Source: Nitrosopumilus sp.
GTDB lineage: Archaea > Thermoproteota > Nitrososphaeria > Nitrososphaerales > Nitrosopumilaceae
Assembly (NCBI GenBank): GCA_965206745.1
Contig: OZ242220.1
Coordinates: forward strand, 800,001-864,000
DNA: 64,000 nucleotides
Direction: 5' to 3'
Position 1 is the first letter of the stretch. Each line of letters opens with the position of its first letter. A model generated the notes under the pieces. It made no database searches and had not been told where the DNA came from. It worked only from the letters and a program-made list of their open reading frames with translations. A program made the position numbers and the translations under genes. This document shows, piece after piece, positions 47,649-58,096 of the stretch.

Positions 47649-48245
47649 ATGTCCATGTATATGCCGGGAGCAACTGCTGTTGGGATTACTTTTGATGGTG
47701 GCATAGTTCTTGCCAGTGAGAAAAGGATCGCATTTGGAAACTTTTTGGTAAGCAAATCCACAAAAAAGACATTCCCAATCACTTCCAAAGTCGGCGCAAC
47801 TTGTGCTGGTCTTGTGGCAGACATGCAGATCCTGACTTTACAAATCTCCGCCTTGGCCAAAATCAGAAAGATGGAACTCAAAAGAGACGTTCCTCCAAAC
47901 ACCGTTGCCAAAATGATGTCAAATATGATGTATGAGAGAAGATACTTTCCATTGTTGACCCAGGTGATTGTTGGTGGTGTCGTTGACAAACCCATAATGT
48001 ACACATTAGATCCATTGGGTTCGGTACTCCCTGATGATTATGCTGCAGTAGGGACTGGGGCAGAGATGGCATTAGGCGTCTTGGATCCCCAATTCAAACC
48101 AAACATGACCAAGGACGAGGCAGTGAATTTGGCAAAACATGCGGTTCGTTCAGCCGCCCTTAGAGACTCTGCAAGTGGTGATGGATTAGACCTGCTTGTA
48201 ATTACCAAAGATGGTACTGAAGAGTTCTCCGAGGATATCAAGTAA
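47649..48245 (+). CDS. psmB: proteasome beta subunit lacking catalytic Thr1
   Basis: GATAVGI...LASEKR, AGLVADMQ, LDPLGS, RDSASGDG. Confidence 0.9.
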   Translation: MSMYMPGATAVGITFDGGIVLASEKRIAFGNFLVSKSTKKTFPITSKVGATCAGLVADMQILTLQISALAKIRKMELKRDVPPNTVAKMMSNMMYERRYFPLLTQVIVGGVVDKPIMYTLDPLGSVLPDDYAAVGTGAEMALGVLDPQFKPNMTKDEAVNLAKHAVRSAALRDSASGDGLDLLVITKDGTEEFSEDIK

Positions 48246-48270
48246 AAACTCCACATCTTAAGAATCAGCT

Positions 48271-48747
48271 TTAGTCGTAAATTGTCTTACCTGTCTCCCA
48301 GAATCTGTCTGAGATGTAGTGCATATTTTTTATGACCTCACCTTTCTCCATGTCTTCTAATTCCAAACTACTCACCAGTGACTTTCCAACTGCCAGAAAC
48401 TTGTGCCGTGATTCCTCCACAATACACACTATCTTTTCCTTCTCAAACTCTGTAAATTTTTTAATTCCAGGCCTCATCAAATTTGCCCCCTTGCACATGA
48501 ATTTCACTGCCCCCATGTCCACTGTGACTGATGGGAATTTCTCTAGCATTTCAATCTCCGACAAAAATGGCAGATAATCTTCATCAACTTTTAATATTTT
48601 TATTGCGTTTCCTGTAATGATTTGTGCGTCATCTAAAATCTGGTGAACTTTGACATTTTTGATTTTGGGAAGCTCCATTCCCCATCTTTCTGAAATTGTC
48701 TTCAAAAGTGCATTGGTTTCACTTTTGGAAATTAAATTGGACTTCAA
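48271..48747 (-). CDS. PUA-domain RNA-binding protein (MCT-1/Tma20-like)
   Basis: VTVDMGAVKFMCKGANLMRPGI, HYISD. Confidence 0.85.
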   Translation of the reverse strand: MKSNLISKSETNALLKTISERWGMELPKIKNVKVHQILDDAQIITGNAIKILKVDEDYLPFLSEIEMLEKFPSVTVDMGAVKFMCKGANLMRPGIKKFTEFEKEKIVCIVEESRHKFLAVGKSLVSSLELEDMEKGEVIKNMHYISDRFWETGKTIYD

Positions 48748-49754
48748 TCTCTGGCAATCTCTTGTTTGATGTCTAGCAGGTCTCTAAGAATTGAACTGGC
48801 AGTCTCCATGCCTCCTGCACCCTTGCCGATAATTGTTTGAGTGCCTGAATGCTCAGAGGTAAAAGCAATTGCATTTAGCGTTCCGTTCACACATAGTGGA
48901 TCGTCATTTGGCACCTCCTTTGGACCTACGACAAGTTCTTTGTTAGATGAAGCAATTAGTTTTATTGCACAGTTGTTTTTGGCGGCCTCCTTGATGTCCT
49001 CTACTGTAACTTTTCTAATCCCCGTACAGTTGATGTCTGGAAGGGTGACTTTCATTCCCATAATCCAGTTTGCAAGAATGACTAGTTTTGCAGCGGCATC
49101 AAGTCCATCCAAATCCAAAGACTCGTCAGCTTCAACATACCCCTTGTCCTTTGCATCTTTTAGTGCCTCCTCATAAGTTATCCCCGTACCCATGTTTGTC
49201 AGGATGTAGTTTGTGGTTCCGTTAAGTATGCCTGCAAATGATGTGATTCTTTCTCCGCTGAGGCTGTTTTTGGCATAATCTAGAATTGGGGTTCCGCCTC
49301 CCACCGTGCCGCTAAATTTGAACATTACCTGGTTGTACGTTGCAAGTTCTAGCAGTGACGGGAATGCCAAAGCCAGCGGTCCTTTGTTCACTGATATGAC
49401 GTGCATGCCTTTTCTCATGGCTGTGGTGATGTGGGTCATTCCGGGCTCTGCATCTTTGTAGTTGCTTGCAGTCGTCTCGATGAGAACATCTGCCTCTACG
49501 TTCTTTAGCATGTCAGTTCCTGACATTGAATTCCCGGTATCTGCATAATTTTTTACGGTCCCAAACTTTTTCTTTGTCTGAACCAGTCTGTTGAAATCCA
49601 ATCCTGACAGGTCCACTGCGCTTCCCCTGCTGTCAAAGACTCCGACAACCCTGGGTTTTAATCCGTATTTTGCATAAAGATCACCTGATCTTGAATCAAA
49701 TAATTTGACCAAGCTCTGGCCTACGATCCCAAAACCGCATAGTATGATCCTCAA
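48744..49754 (-). CDS. hom: homoserine dehydrogenase
   Basis: GFGIVG, NKGPLA, VGGGTP, GILNGTTNYIL, GAGGMETAS. Confidence 0.93.
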   Translation of the reverse strand: MRIILCGFGIVGQSLVKLFDSRSGDLYAKYGLKPRVVGVFDSRGSAVDLSGLDFNRLVQTKKKFGTVKNYADTGNSMSGTDMLKNVEADVLIETTASNYKDAEPGMTHITTAMRKGMHVISVNKGPLALAFPSLLELATYNQVMFKFSGTVGGGTPILDYAKNSLSGERITSFAGILNGTTNYILTNMGTGITYEEALKDAKDKGYVEADESLDLDGLDAAAKLVILANWIMGMKVTLPDINCTGIRKVTVEDIKEAAKNNCAIKLIASSNKELVVGPKEVPNDDPLCVNGTLNAIAFTSEHSGTQTIIGKGAGGMETASSILRDLLDIKQEIARD

Positions 49755-49882
49755 ACTGTCTCTTCCCCTTTTACCTCATTTTTGTGATTCATGGCTCTTC
49801 TTGATTTTATTATGATTAATTGTGTTTTATTAATAATTTTTGAATATTCTTTCACAAGTGGCATGCCTTTGTCGATCCATGA

Positions 49883-50290
49883 CTATGGCGTATCTTCATC
49901 CTTTTCATGTCGTAATGAAATTGAATTGATACAATATCTCTGATTTGTAGGCTTTGGGCCATCATCAAATACGTGGCCTAGGTGTGCCCCACACTTGTTG
50001 CAGTTGACCTCGGTACGAACCATGCCGTATGCCGTATCTGAAACGTATTCTATGCTCTCTTCTGAAACTGGTTGCCAGAAACTTGGCCATCCAGAACCAG
50101 AATCAAATTTTGTATCAGATGAGAACAATTCTTCGCCACAGCACGTGCATTTGAAGATCCCCTCTAGTTTGGTATTGTTGTATTTTCCAGAAAATGGCGG
50201 TTCTGTTCCATGATTGATGCAGATTTCATACTGATCTGCAGTTAGCTGCTCCTTCCACTCTTCAGGCTTTTTCTCAATTTTTTCTGCCAT
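49883..50290 (-). CDS. msrB: peptide-methionine (R)-S-oxide reductase
   Basis: GTEPPF, KFDSGSGWPSF, HLGHVFDDGP, RYCINS. Confidence 0.95.
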   Translation of the reverse strand: MAEKIEKKPEEWKEQLTADQYEICINHGTEPPFSGKYNNTKLEGIFKCTCCGEELFSSDTKFDSGSGWPSFWQPVSEESIEYVSDTAYGMVRTEVNCNKCGAHLGHVFDDGPKPTNQRYCINSISLRHEKDEDTP

Positions 50291-50326
50291 GATGGTTTTT
50301 GACTATTCTGATATTAGAATATTTTT

Positions 50327-51946
50327 CTATTTTTTTAATTTCTTTCTCTTCTCCTCTGTTCTTTTCTCGGATTCGAATCTCTCCAAATCATATTCTTTCA
50401 TATCTGCATACTTTATAATTTTGCTGAGATTTGGGTGGACTCTGTTGATCTGTTTGAACATTTGCTGGGCCACCCTTCTGTAATCCACATGTCCTTGTGG
50501 TACCGTCCTTAGTTCAATTAAATGACATGCCTCCCTTAGGTTCATTTTCATAAAATACGGATAGTTGTATCCAAAGTTCACCACGTACTGTCCTTGTTCT
50601 GGGAATCTGACCCTGATCTTCTCAAATGCATCCTTTGTTTTGCTCATACAATCTTTAAAGTCTCTTTCAATTCCCAAAACTTTGATCTCATTTGGCATGC
50701 TGTATCCGTGATCCGTTGTTAGTAGCTGTCTTTCAAGTGTAAGTGCCCTATGTCTGTGAAAATCCCTGAACATTCCAAAATTATTGCACAAATCAAACGT
50801 ATAGTACACATTCTCAAAGGCCCTTGAGGGTCTGTGGCGTCTGTTTGTACGAATCTTTGCAAATTCATCAATAATCTTGATCTTTTTGCCTTTTGGCATT
50901 TTTCCTACCTGTTGTAGGATGTCCTGGTATGATGTGCTAGGGGATTGCTCGTACATTATACTTGTAACTATCGTGTCGATGGATTTTCTCTCTGTCTCAT
51001 AATCTACAAGTTTTGTAGCAGTGCCCTTTTTTGGTTCTGATTTGATCTCCTTGGCAACAATTGATCTTGTTTTACCTTTTACATCTCTGAGATATTTTTG
51101 GAATGCCTTGCCATATCTGTCATCAGCTCGTCTGACAAATGATTTGATCGTAGTGTCAAGCTCTTTTTTGATTTTTGAGGCTAAATCTTGCTCTTCTTTT
51201 AGCTCCGATGAGCTTAAAATTGTCAACAGATATTCAAACGCCCTTCCGTTTCCCGTGATTCCAACATTAGTCAGAGTCGATGCTGGCAACAGTCCTCTGA
51301 GTATGTCAAGGGCTTTGGCTTTGGTCGAACCTCTGTAAATCATATTTGCAGATTTTATGTCCGATTCATCTTTTAATTTGGAAAACGATTTTTCTTTTCC
51401 GTCTCTTGAATCCTTAAAGCTGTATTTTTCTATCGGATACTTTTCCCTGACATAACTTATCATCGGTTCTATGTTTTTTGAATAGACGTCAAATGAAAAA
51501 TTACAACTCTCTTCATAAATATCTGCAAAACGGGATCCAGTGATCTGGGCATCCCTGTAAAACCTGTACTTGCCATTCTCTTTTTTATTCCACGCAACAT
51601 ACCTTGATGATTTTTCCAAATATGACAGTCCGATGCGTCTGTCTTCAATTTTTTTTACTGCAATGTTTGATAGCCCCTCAATCGCAATTTGTGCCTCACC
51701 TAATTCTGCAACAGAGTCATCGCCGTATTCGAGAAGCACTCTGTTGTAAAATTCCTCGCCCCTGTTTTTATTTTCTAAAAATTCATCAAGAAAAATCCGT
51801 CTCATGCTTTTGTCTGTTCTGCTGTATCTCGACATCAGTGCTCCACGATCAACCTGCCTTGGTGTAATTATCGCAAAGACGTTGCCGTCGGTATTTGAAA
51901 AGTGATCCGATAGGACCTTTTCTTCTTTAGCTGAGAACTCTGACAA
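50327..51946 (-). CDS. thyX: FAD-dependent thymidylate synthase, long duplicated-domain form
   Basis: [38 protein letters not shown]. Confidence 0.88.
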   Translation of the reverse strand: MSEFSAKEEKVLSDHFSNTDGNVFAIITPRQVDRGALMSRYSRTDKSMRRIFLDEFLENKNRGEEFYNRVLLEYGDDSVAELGEAQIAIEGLSNIAVKKIEDRRIGLSYLEKSSRYVAWNKKENGKYRFYRDAQITGSRFADIYEESCNFSFDVYSKNIEPMISYVREKYPIEKYSFKDSRDGKEKSFSKLKDESDIKSANMIYRGSTKAKALDILRGLLPASTLTNVGITGNGRAFEYLLTILSSSELKEEQDLASKIKKELDTTIKSFVRRADDRYGKAFQKYLRDVKGKTRSIVAKEIKSEPKKGTATKLVDYETERKSIDTIVTSIMYEQSPSTSYQDILQQVGKMPKGKKIKIIDEFAKIRTNRRHRPSRAFENVYYTFDLCNNFGMFRDFHRHRALTLERQLLTTDHGYSMPNEIKVLGIERDFKDCMSKTKDAFEKIRVRFPEQGQYVVNFGYNYPYFMKMNLREACHLIELRTVPQGHVDYRRVAQQMFKQINRVHPNLSKIIKYADMKEYDLERFESEKRTEEKRKKLKK

Positions 51947-51979
51947 TACCGATATTGCTGTTTGACAATTATTAATAGT

Positions 51980-52273
51980 CTATTTCTTTTTTCCAATCTG
52001 AATCAGATCGGGGCCCTTGTCCTTGTCTTTATCTTGACCTTTTGTCTGCCATCTTAGCAGGACCTGTTTGAACGCTTCTGCATCTTCCTCATTTTCGGTG
52101 TACAGTAGGGTCGTAACCCAGAATCCTTTTTTGGCTGTTTTCCCTCCAATGGAGTTCATCCAGAAATCATTTGGCAGGGTCTTCATTGCCTTGTTGTCTG
52201 GATCCTTTGTGGCCTCAGTCCATCGACTTGCTACAAAATTCAAAATCTGTTCAATTTCTTCTCTTTGAATCAT
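51980..52273 (-). CDS. hypothetical protein
   Basis: MIQREEIEQILNF...; the upstream extension in the ORF track overlaps cdvA and is unlikely. Confidence 0.65.
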   Translation of the reverse strand: MIQREEIEQILNFVASRWTEATKDPDNKAMKTLPNDFWMNSIGGKTAKKGFWVTTLLYTENEEDAEAFKQVLLRWQTKGQDKDKDKGPDLIQIGKKK

Positions 52274-52405
52274 GAGCCTGCTACTTTCTCTCCCGATTTT
52301 AAAATTACTAAAAATAGGCGATGTGGAATTGGTGAATTTAATCTTACTAAAACTAAAAATATTTCTTACACTTTGTCGGTTATACAAACCTCTAAAGTAC
52401 CACAT

Positions 52406-53284
52406 ATGACAAACGACGATATCGAAATTATCGGCAAAAACGTCAAAGACATGTACGGAACATTCATGGGCAAAGTCGTAGGAACAATAACTGACATAGA
52501 CGGAAGTATTCAATCCGTCGGAATTGACTGCGGTTCTCAAGGATTACAGCAAATCCAATATGAGCAACTAGTGGTTCAAGGAGAGGTAGTCATATTTATT
52601 CCAAAATGGAGACTCGACTCACAAAGACTCATTCGTGAAAAACAGTTAACTCTACGCCGACTAAAGGCATTGATTGACATAGTTTCAGAAAATGATGACA
52701 TGAAAGCAGATGCAGAAATCATTCATGAGAAATACAAGTCAAAACTTGCATCGTTAGATGAAACAGAACGTGAAATCAAAGCAACACTGGAGGCTAGACT
52801 GACAGAGTTAGACGAACAAATGAAGTCTGCAAAAATGCTATCGTTTGATGCAAAAGTACAATACAAGAGCAATGAAATCTCTGATGCAACATTTGAGACT
52901 GTGAAATCATGCACAACTGAGGTAATTGAGCATGTGACTCACGAGACAGCAGAAATCGCAAATGTAAAGAGCAGAATTGCAGATCTTGAATTGGAAGTGC
53001 AACAGATAACAGCCCCTCCAACACCAGACATCCAAGAATCCGCCGTTTCATATCTGGAGACCTCTGAACCGCAACAAATAGTTCAGACCATACTTCCAGA
53101 AGTACCAGTCGAATCCGCAGCTATATCTCCAGAACCAATTGAGGCACCTAGTACCCCTATACCAGAGCCTCCAACTGAATCCGGAGTAGCACTTGCATTC
53201 CCAGAACCACCCCAACAGGTGACAGCAGATACTTCAAAAGACGACAATGATAACGATTGGCTTGCTAGAATGGAAGCACAATAA
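52406..53284 (+). CDS. cdvA: cell division protein CdvA (PRC barrel, coiled coil, Pro/Glu-rich tail)
   Basis: IGKNVKDMYGTFMGKVVG...IPKW...RRLKAL pattern typical of CdvA. Confidence 0.88.
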   Translation: MTNDDIEIIGKNVKDMYGTFMGKVVGTITDIDGSIQSVGIDCGSQGLQQIQYEQLVVQGEVVIFIPKWRLDSQRLIREKQLTLRRLKALIDIVSENDDMKADAEIIHEKYKSKLASLDETEREIKATLEARLTELDEQMKSAKMLSFDAKVQYKSNEISDATFETVKSCTTEVIEHVTHETAEIANVKSRIADLELEVQQITAPPTPDIQESAVSYLETSEPQQIVQTILPEVPVESAAISPEPIEAPSTPIPEPPTESGVALAFPEPPQQVTADTSKDDNDNDWLARMEAQ

Positions 53285-53305
53285 TTTTTTTTATATTATT
53301 TTTTT
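53284..53305 (+). terminator. oligo-T archaeal terminator after cdvA
   Basis: Two T tracts immediately after the stop codon. Confidence 0.5.
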
Positions 53306-53406
53306 GACATTACAGAGATCTATCTTCATGCATTTTTTGGTTGCTACAACTTGGTTGCAGATATGAATTTGAAATGTTTATAGTTATTAATTGAAGAATA
53401 TTTTTG

Positions 53407-55323
53407 ATGTCTGAGACATATGATATAGGGCTGGGAAATCATGATAACGTATTAAGAAAAAAGGCAGATGCCGATTTTGTATCTTTTTGGGATGAGCAGG
53501 CAAAAAATCTGTCCTGGTTTTCGACCTGGGAGAAAACACTCGACTGGAGGCCTCCCTTTGCCAAATGGTTCGTTGGAGGCACAATTAACGCCTCATACAA
53601 CGCTCTGGATGTCCATCAGCACTCAAAGTCTGGCAAATCGGCCATTCTTTGGGAGGGCGAAAACGGCGAATCCAGAGACATCACATATGGCCAGATGTTT
53701 TTACAAGTCAAGAAATTTGCAAACGTGCTCAAGTCCCTTGGCGTCAAAAAGGGGGACCGAGTCACAATCTACCTTCCCATGGTTCCAGAGCTGCCTATTG
53801 CGATGCTGGCATGTGCTAGAATCGGTGCCACTCACACTGTAATCTTTTCTGGATTTAGTGCTGCATCCATCAAAGACCGGATGGTTGATTCCCACTCCAA
53901 GATCATCATCACTGCAGATGGGGGATATAGGCGTGGAAAGACTGTCCCGCTAAAAGACATAGTTGATGATGCAATAAGCGAGCTTGATTTTGTGGAACAT
54001 GTGATAGTTCTTGAGAGGACTGGAAATAAAATTTCAATGACGCCAAAAGACAAACGCTGGGTGGAATTGATGGATGCTGCCTCTGATTCATGTCCTGCTG
54101 AAGTGTTGCCAAGTGATCACCCCCTGTACATCCTGTATACGTCAGGAACTACTGGAAAACCAAAGGGTGTCTTGCACGGTACAGGAGGATATCTCACGCA
54201 TCTGCATTCCACATTCAAATGGGCTTTTGACATCAAAGACTCTGATGTGTTTTTCTGTACTGCTGATATCGGCTGGGTCACCGGACACAGCTATGTCGTA
54301 TATGCCCCACTGCTTCATGGTGCAACACAGGTGATGTATGAGGGTGCGCCTGATTTTCCCGACGCCTCAAGAATGTGGGATATTTTACAAAAGTACAGAG
54401 TCACGATTTTTTACACGACTCCCACTGCCCTGCGAATGTTTATGAAGTTCGGTGATGAGATTCCAAACTCCTTTGATCTTTCGGCATTGAGATTGCTTGG
54501 AACAGTGGGCGAACCCATCAACCCCAAAGTCTGGAAGTGGTACTTTGAGACTATAGGAAAACAAAGATGCCCCATAATTGACACTTGGTGGCAGACTGAG
54601 ACTGGCGGGATGCTGATCTCTTCTCTTCCCGGATTGGAGACTATTCCACTAAAGCCTGGTTCTGGAACCTTGCCTATTCCAGGCGTGAATATCACGGTAG
54701 TCGATGAGAATGGGGATGATGTTCCAGCAAATACCAAGGGATCCCTTGTAATTAAGAATCCGTGGCCTGGAATGCTCTTGACCTTGTGGGGCGATGATGC
54801 AAAATACAAGGCAGTTTACTGGTCAAAGTATGAGAATTGTTACTATCCTGGGGACTATGCGCTAAAAGACGATGATGGATATATTTGGCTGTTGGGCCGT
54901 GCAGACGATGTCCTAAAAGTTGCAGGCCATAGAATCGGAACTGCAGAGCTTGAGAGTTGCATGGTGTCCCATCCTGATGTTGCAGAATCTGCCGCATGTG
55001 GCATTCCAGACGAGGTCAAGGGTGAGGTGATCATTGCATTTGTTGTTTTAAGGCAGGGGGTTACAAATGACTCTGATGTTTTGGAAAAAGAGTTATCTGA
55101 TAAAATTCGGGCCGACATTGGTGCAATTGCAACTCCTAAGCAGATCTACTTTGTCTCAAAGTTGCCAAAGACCCGAAGTGGGAAAATTATGCGAAGGCTG
55201 CTAAAGGCGATTGGAAACAATGAAAAAATCGGCGATGTAAGCACCTTGGAGGATGGCACAGCGGTAACTGAGGTCCGACAGGTTTTTGATCAACTGCAAA
55301 AGTCCGTCAAAGCAAAGTCTTGA
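53407..55323 (+). CDS. acs: acetate--CoA ligase (AMP-forming)
   Basis: YTSGTTGKPKG, ADIGWVTGHSY, DTWWQTETGG, GRADDV, PKTRSGKIMRR. Confidence 0.93.
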   Translation: MSETYDIGLGNHDNVLRKKADADFVSFWDEQAKNLSWFSTWEKTLDWRPPFAKWFVGGTINASYNALDVHQHSKSGKSAILWEGENGESRDITYGQMFLQVKKFANVLKSLGVKKGDRVTIYLPMVPELPIAMLACARIGATHTVIFSGFSAASIKDRMVDSHSKIIITADGGYRRGKTVPLKDIVDDAISELDFVEHVIVLERTGNKISMTPKDKRWVELMDAASDSCPAEVLPSDHPLYILYTSGTTGKPKGVLHGTGGYLTHLHSTFKWAFDIKDSDVFFCTADIGWVTGHSYVVYAPLLHGATQVMYEGAPDFPDASRMWDILQKYRVTIFYTTPTALRMFMKFGDEIPNSFDLSALRLLGTVGEPINPKVWKWYFETIGKQRCPIIDTWWQTETGGMLISSLPGLETIPLKPGSGTLPIPGVNITVVDENGDDVPANTKGSLVIKNPWPGMLLTLWGDDAKYKAVYWSKYENCYYPGDYALKDDDGYIWLLGRADDVLKVAGHRIGTAELESCMVSHPDVAESAACGIPDEVKGEVIIAFVVLRQGVTNDSDVLEKELSDKIRADIGAIATPKQIYFVSKLPKTRSGKIMRRLLKAIGNNEKIGDVSTLEDGTAVTEVRQVFDQLQKSVKAKS

Positions 55324-55326
55324 TGA

Positions 55327-55857
55327 CTATTCTCTTAATTCACTAAAGTTTATTGTAGATAGCATCTCAAACATCTTCTTCAACCCGTCATACTCTGATT
55401 TTGAATTTTCATCAAACTGATCATACTCTTTTTCTTTGATCTCCTCTAGTTTTTTGATTGACTCTTTGAAAAATTCCTCATACTCTTTTATTTTTTCATC
55501 TGACATTTGTGCCAGATCAAAAATTACAGTATTGCTTCCAAGCAAGTTTCTACTTTCATCATACAGGCTAGTGGCCTGCAGTAGCCCTGAAAAGGTATCC
55601 TCGTTTTGCCTTTTGAATGTGATTTTTCTGTCTGTGACCTTGCCTGTCTCAAACCATATTTTTAGTGAATTATTCATATCTCCCCACGAGTCTTTTGGGA
55701 CGTGTTCAAAGATTGCCTTTCCGAGGATTTCTGACTTTGCATATCCTAGATTTGCAGCATATGTGGAATTACAGTCCAAAATCACGCCTATGGAGTTGAT
55801 TCTTCTCCACATGATTGGCGCGTCTTTGAGCGTCTTTCTTGCTTCGGTTTGAGGCAT
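55327..55857 (-). CDS. stand-alone PAS-domain protein
   Basis: DCNSTYAANLGYAKSEILGK, KRQNE, LYDESRNLLG, then a helical acidic C-terminus. Confidence 0.8.
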   Translation of the reverse strand: MPQTEARKTLKDAPIMWRRINSIGVILDCNSTYAANLGYAKSEILGKAIFEHVPKDSWGDMNNSLKIWFETGKVTDRKITFKRQNEDTFSGLLQATSLYDESRNLLGSNTVIFDLAQMSDEKIKEYEEFFKESIKKLEEIKEKEYDQFDENSKSEYDGLKKMFEMLSTINFSELRE

Positions 55858-55895
55858 TTTTTAAAATTGTATCTACTAGTTATTAAACTGAAATA

Positions 55896-56918
55896 TTAGA
55901 ACCATTGATCTAGGTTCTGGCCCTTCTTCTCTAGTGCCTTTTTCAACCTGTTTAGTGTGGATTGAACCCTGTCCTCTGAGAAGCTCCTCTCTTTGACGAG
56001 ATAATTGACCATTCCCTCATAGTCTACTTTATCAAAGACAATTTCATCCACATCGGCAACTTCTGGATTTAGGAATATCTCCCTTATTTGCTGGAAATCA
56101 ATCCCTTCTAACTGCTCCTGAATCTGTGGAATATCCTCCAATCTTGAATGCTGTTTGATCAGTTTCATTGCCGTCTTTGGGCCAATTCTCTCAAAACCGT
56201 TTGGATTAAAATCGGTACCAATTAAGATTCCTATGTCAATTAGCTCCTCCCTGCTCATTCCGATTGCATCTAGTGTCTTTTGTGTTTCAATAATCTCTGG
56301 AAGTACGTCGATGTAGGTATTTCTGTTTGGAATTTTACGCCTTCCGCTGTTTGTAAAATTTCTTACCAGTTTCTTTGCTCCGCACAGTATAGAGTCGTAA
56401 TCTTGACTGGCTGAGGCGTAAGCTTGGCCTGTGTTTGTTAAATGAGCTGCTGTGGCCTCCCCCTCTGATGGTGCCTCAATGTATGGTATGCCAAAAAAAG
56501 TCAGAATCTGTTTTGACTCTTTTACCATTCCATCTTTCATGCTAGTCGTCTGCTGTGCAAATTTTCTTGCATCCTCCATGTTTCCTTCGGCGATTGCTTT
56601 TTCATATTTTACCGTGGCATCTTTTTTGATCTGTTTTCTACGCTCAATCTCTGCAGTCTTTAGCGACGGGGGCTTTCCATCAAAAACGTATACCGGTTGA
56701 ATTCCCAACGACAGAAAATTCACGTTTCTGTAAAGCAATCCGCTTAGATGGCTTGTGACCCTCCCCTCGCTGTCTGTTAGCTGTAATCCGTCAGGCCCCC
56801 TAATGCTTGCTAAAAATTGGTAAATTGCATTGTATGCATCTATTGCAATTACTTTGTTGGAAAATGCCTCAAGTGCAGTCTTCTCCCTGACTACCAAATC
56901 CTTTAGGTTTAACCCCAT
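55896..56918 (-). CDS. fen: flap endonuclease 1
   Basis: [32 protein letters not shown]-terminal PIP box QNLDQWF. Confidence 0.96.
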   Translation of the reverse strand: MGLNLKDLVVREKTALEAFSNKVIAIDAYNAIYQFLASIRGPDGLQLTDSEGRVTSHLSGLLYRNVNFLSLGIQPVYVFDGKPPSLKTAEIERRKQIKKDATVKYEKAIAEGNMEDARKFAQQTTSMKDGMVKESKQILTFFGIPYIEAPSEGEATAAHLTNTGQAYASASQDYDSILCGAKKLVRNFTNSGRRKIPNRNTYIDVLPEIIETQKTLDAIGMSREELIDIGILIGTDFNPNGFERIGPKTAMKLIKQHSRLEDIPQIQEQLEGIDFQQIREIFLNPEVADVDEIVFDKVDYEGMVNYLVKERSFSEDRVQSTLNRLKKALEKKGQNLDQWF

Positions 56919-57026
56919 GGATTCTGTTGCTATTTTGAGGTATTTTGTGTTTATCCTTCAGAGGTGATCGATGTTTTGGCATCCTTTGAAATCGTTTTTA
57001 ACATACAGGCGATCCTTTGATGATTA

Positions 57027-57287
57027 TTGCCCGTTGATCTGCCTGCATCCCTGAAAGACAAAGTTTTTGAGATACGACGTGCCGATGATGGGAGTATCTC
57101 TGAAATTGTCTCCTATTTTCCATTCTCTGAATCAGAAAAGCAAGAGATCATCTGTATTTTAGGCCATGATGGTTTTGATGGGTTTCATTCCATCTTTACA
57201 GATAGCCCAAGCGATGAGGAGTGGAATAGAACAAAAGATCAAATTAAAAGGAAATTCAAAGACGAACTATTTGATATTGATGGCTGA
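57027..57287 (+). CDS. small acidic hypothetical protein
   Basis: 86-aa ORF divergent from fen. Confidence 0.6.
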   Translation: MPVDLPASLKDKVFEIRRADDGSISEIVSYFPFSESEKQEIICILGHDGFDGFHSIFTDSPSDEEWNRTKDQIKRKFKDELFDIDG

Positions 57288-57337
57288 CCTACTTCTCCAC
57301 TGATTTGCTTTATTATGGAGTTATTCTAAGAGTAGGT

Positions 57338-57419
57338 GCCGAGATAGCCAAGTAGTACGGCGGCCGTCTCGAAAACGGCTACGCGCAAGCGTGCGGGGGT
57401 TCGAGTCCCTCTCTCGGCG
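57338..57419 (+). tRNA. tRNA-Ser (anticodon CGA)
   Basis: Acceptor stem GCCGAGA/TCTCGGC plus discriminator G; anticodon arm GCCGT-CTCGAAA-ACGGC; long variable arm; GGTTCGAGTCC T-loop; no encoded CCA. Confidence 0.93.
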
Positions 57420-57611
57420 CTTTATGGTACATAAAAACAGTGATTTCCATACAATTGATAACAGTTTGTGAAGAGAAGATAGAATGCAATTATACAGGAT
57501 GTTCCAAATATCAGAAAAAACGTGCGATGATTCATTTTATTGATATTTTTTATAATGTCCATATTTTACAAATCCCTGTAACTGGTATATGTTTTATTGA
57601 TGTTCTGATCT

Positions 57612-57803
57612 TTGCAGTATCCCGTAGATCCGACAAACAATACAGCAGAGCATACACTGCGTTATGTAGTGGTGTTTAGAAAGATAAGCGGACAGATTCG
57701 TGGAAGTGAATCCATGAGAAGGCTGTCCAACTTTATGACCTGCATCCTGACATGGAGGGCATACGGGAAGAGCATCGTAGATGAGGTCATGGCTAGGATT
57801 TGA
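57612..57803 (+). mobile_element. IS66-family transposase C-terminal fragment (remnant)
   Basis: VDPTNNTAEHTLRYVVVFRKISG...ILTW matches the IS66 pattern TNNxAERxLRxxVxxRKxSG; the N-terminal part is absent. Confidence 0.75.
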
Positions 57804-58096
57804 TAGGTGACCTCATACGATGCATCTTGCATAAACCCCTTCAGGTTTGATATGCTGAGCACCTGTATCATTTGAGATGTCTCTGATTGCAGAACGGCTT
57901 GATTGACTATGTGAGATTTGAATCAGAACCGAATCTGTATTTTGCTCTACTCATAAAGCATCAGCATCTTTTTTGTGTAATTTGGAGAAGATTTTGGCAT
58001 AAAAAGAACCCAAGTTCACAGTTGGAATGAAAAACCAAACCACGTCAAGTATCCCCGCTCAAAATGTTTAAACTAGCATGGCTGTCCAAAACCAAT

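Noticed and set aside
47555-48004. 150-aa N-terminal extension of the DoxX ORF
   Set aside because: Antisense to psmB; DoxX similarity begins at ATG 47554.
52265-52540. N-terminal extensions of cdvA and of the divergent hypothetical gene
   Set aside because: They overlap each other across an AT-rich divergent promoter region; ATG 52406 and ATG 52273 are better starts.
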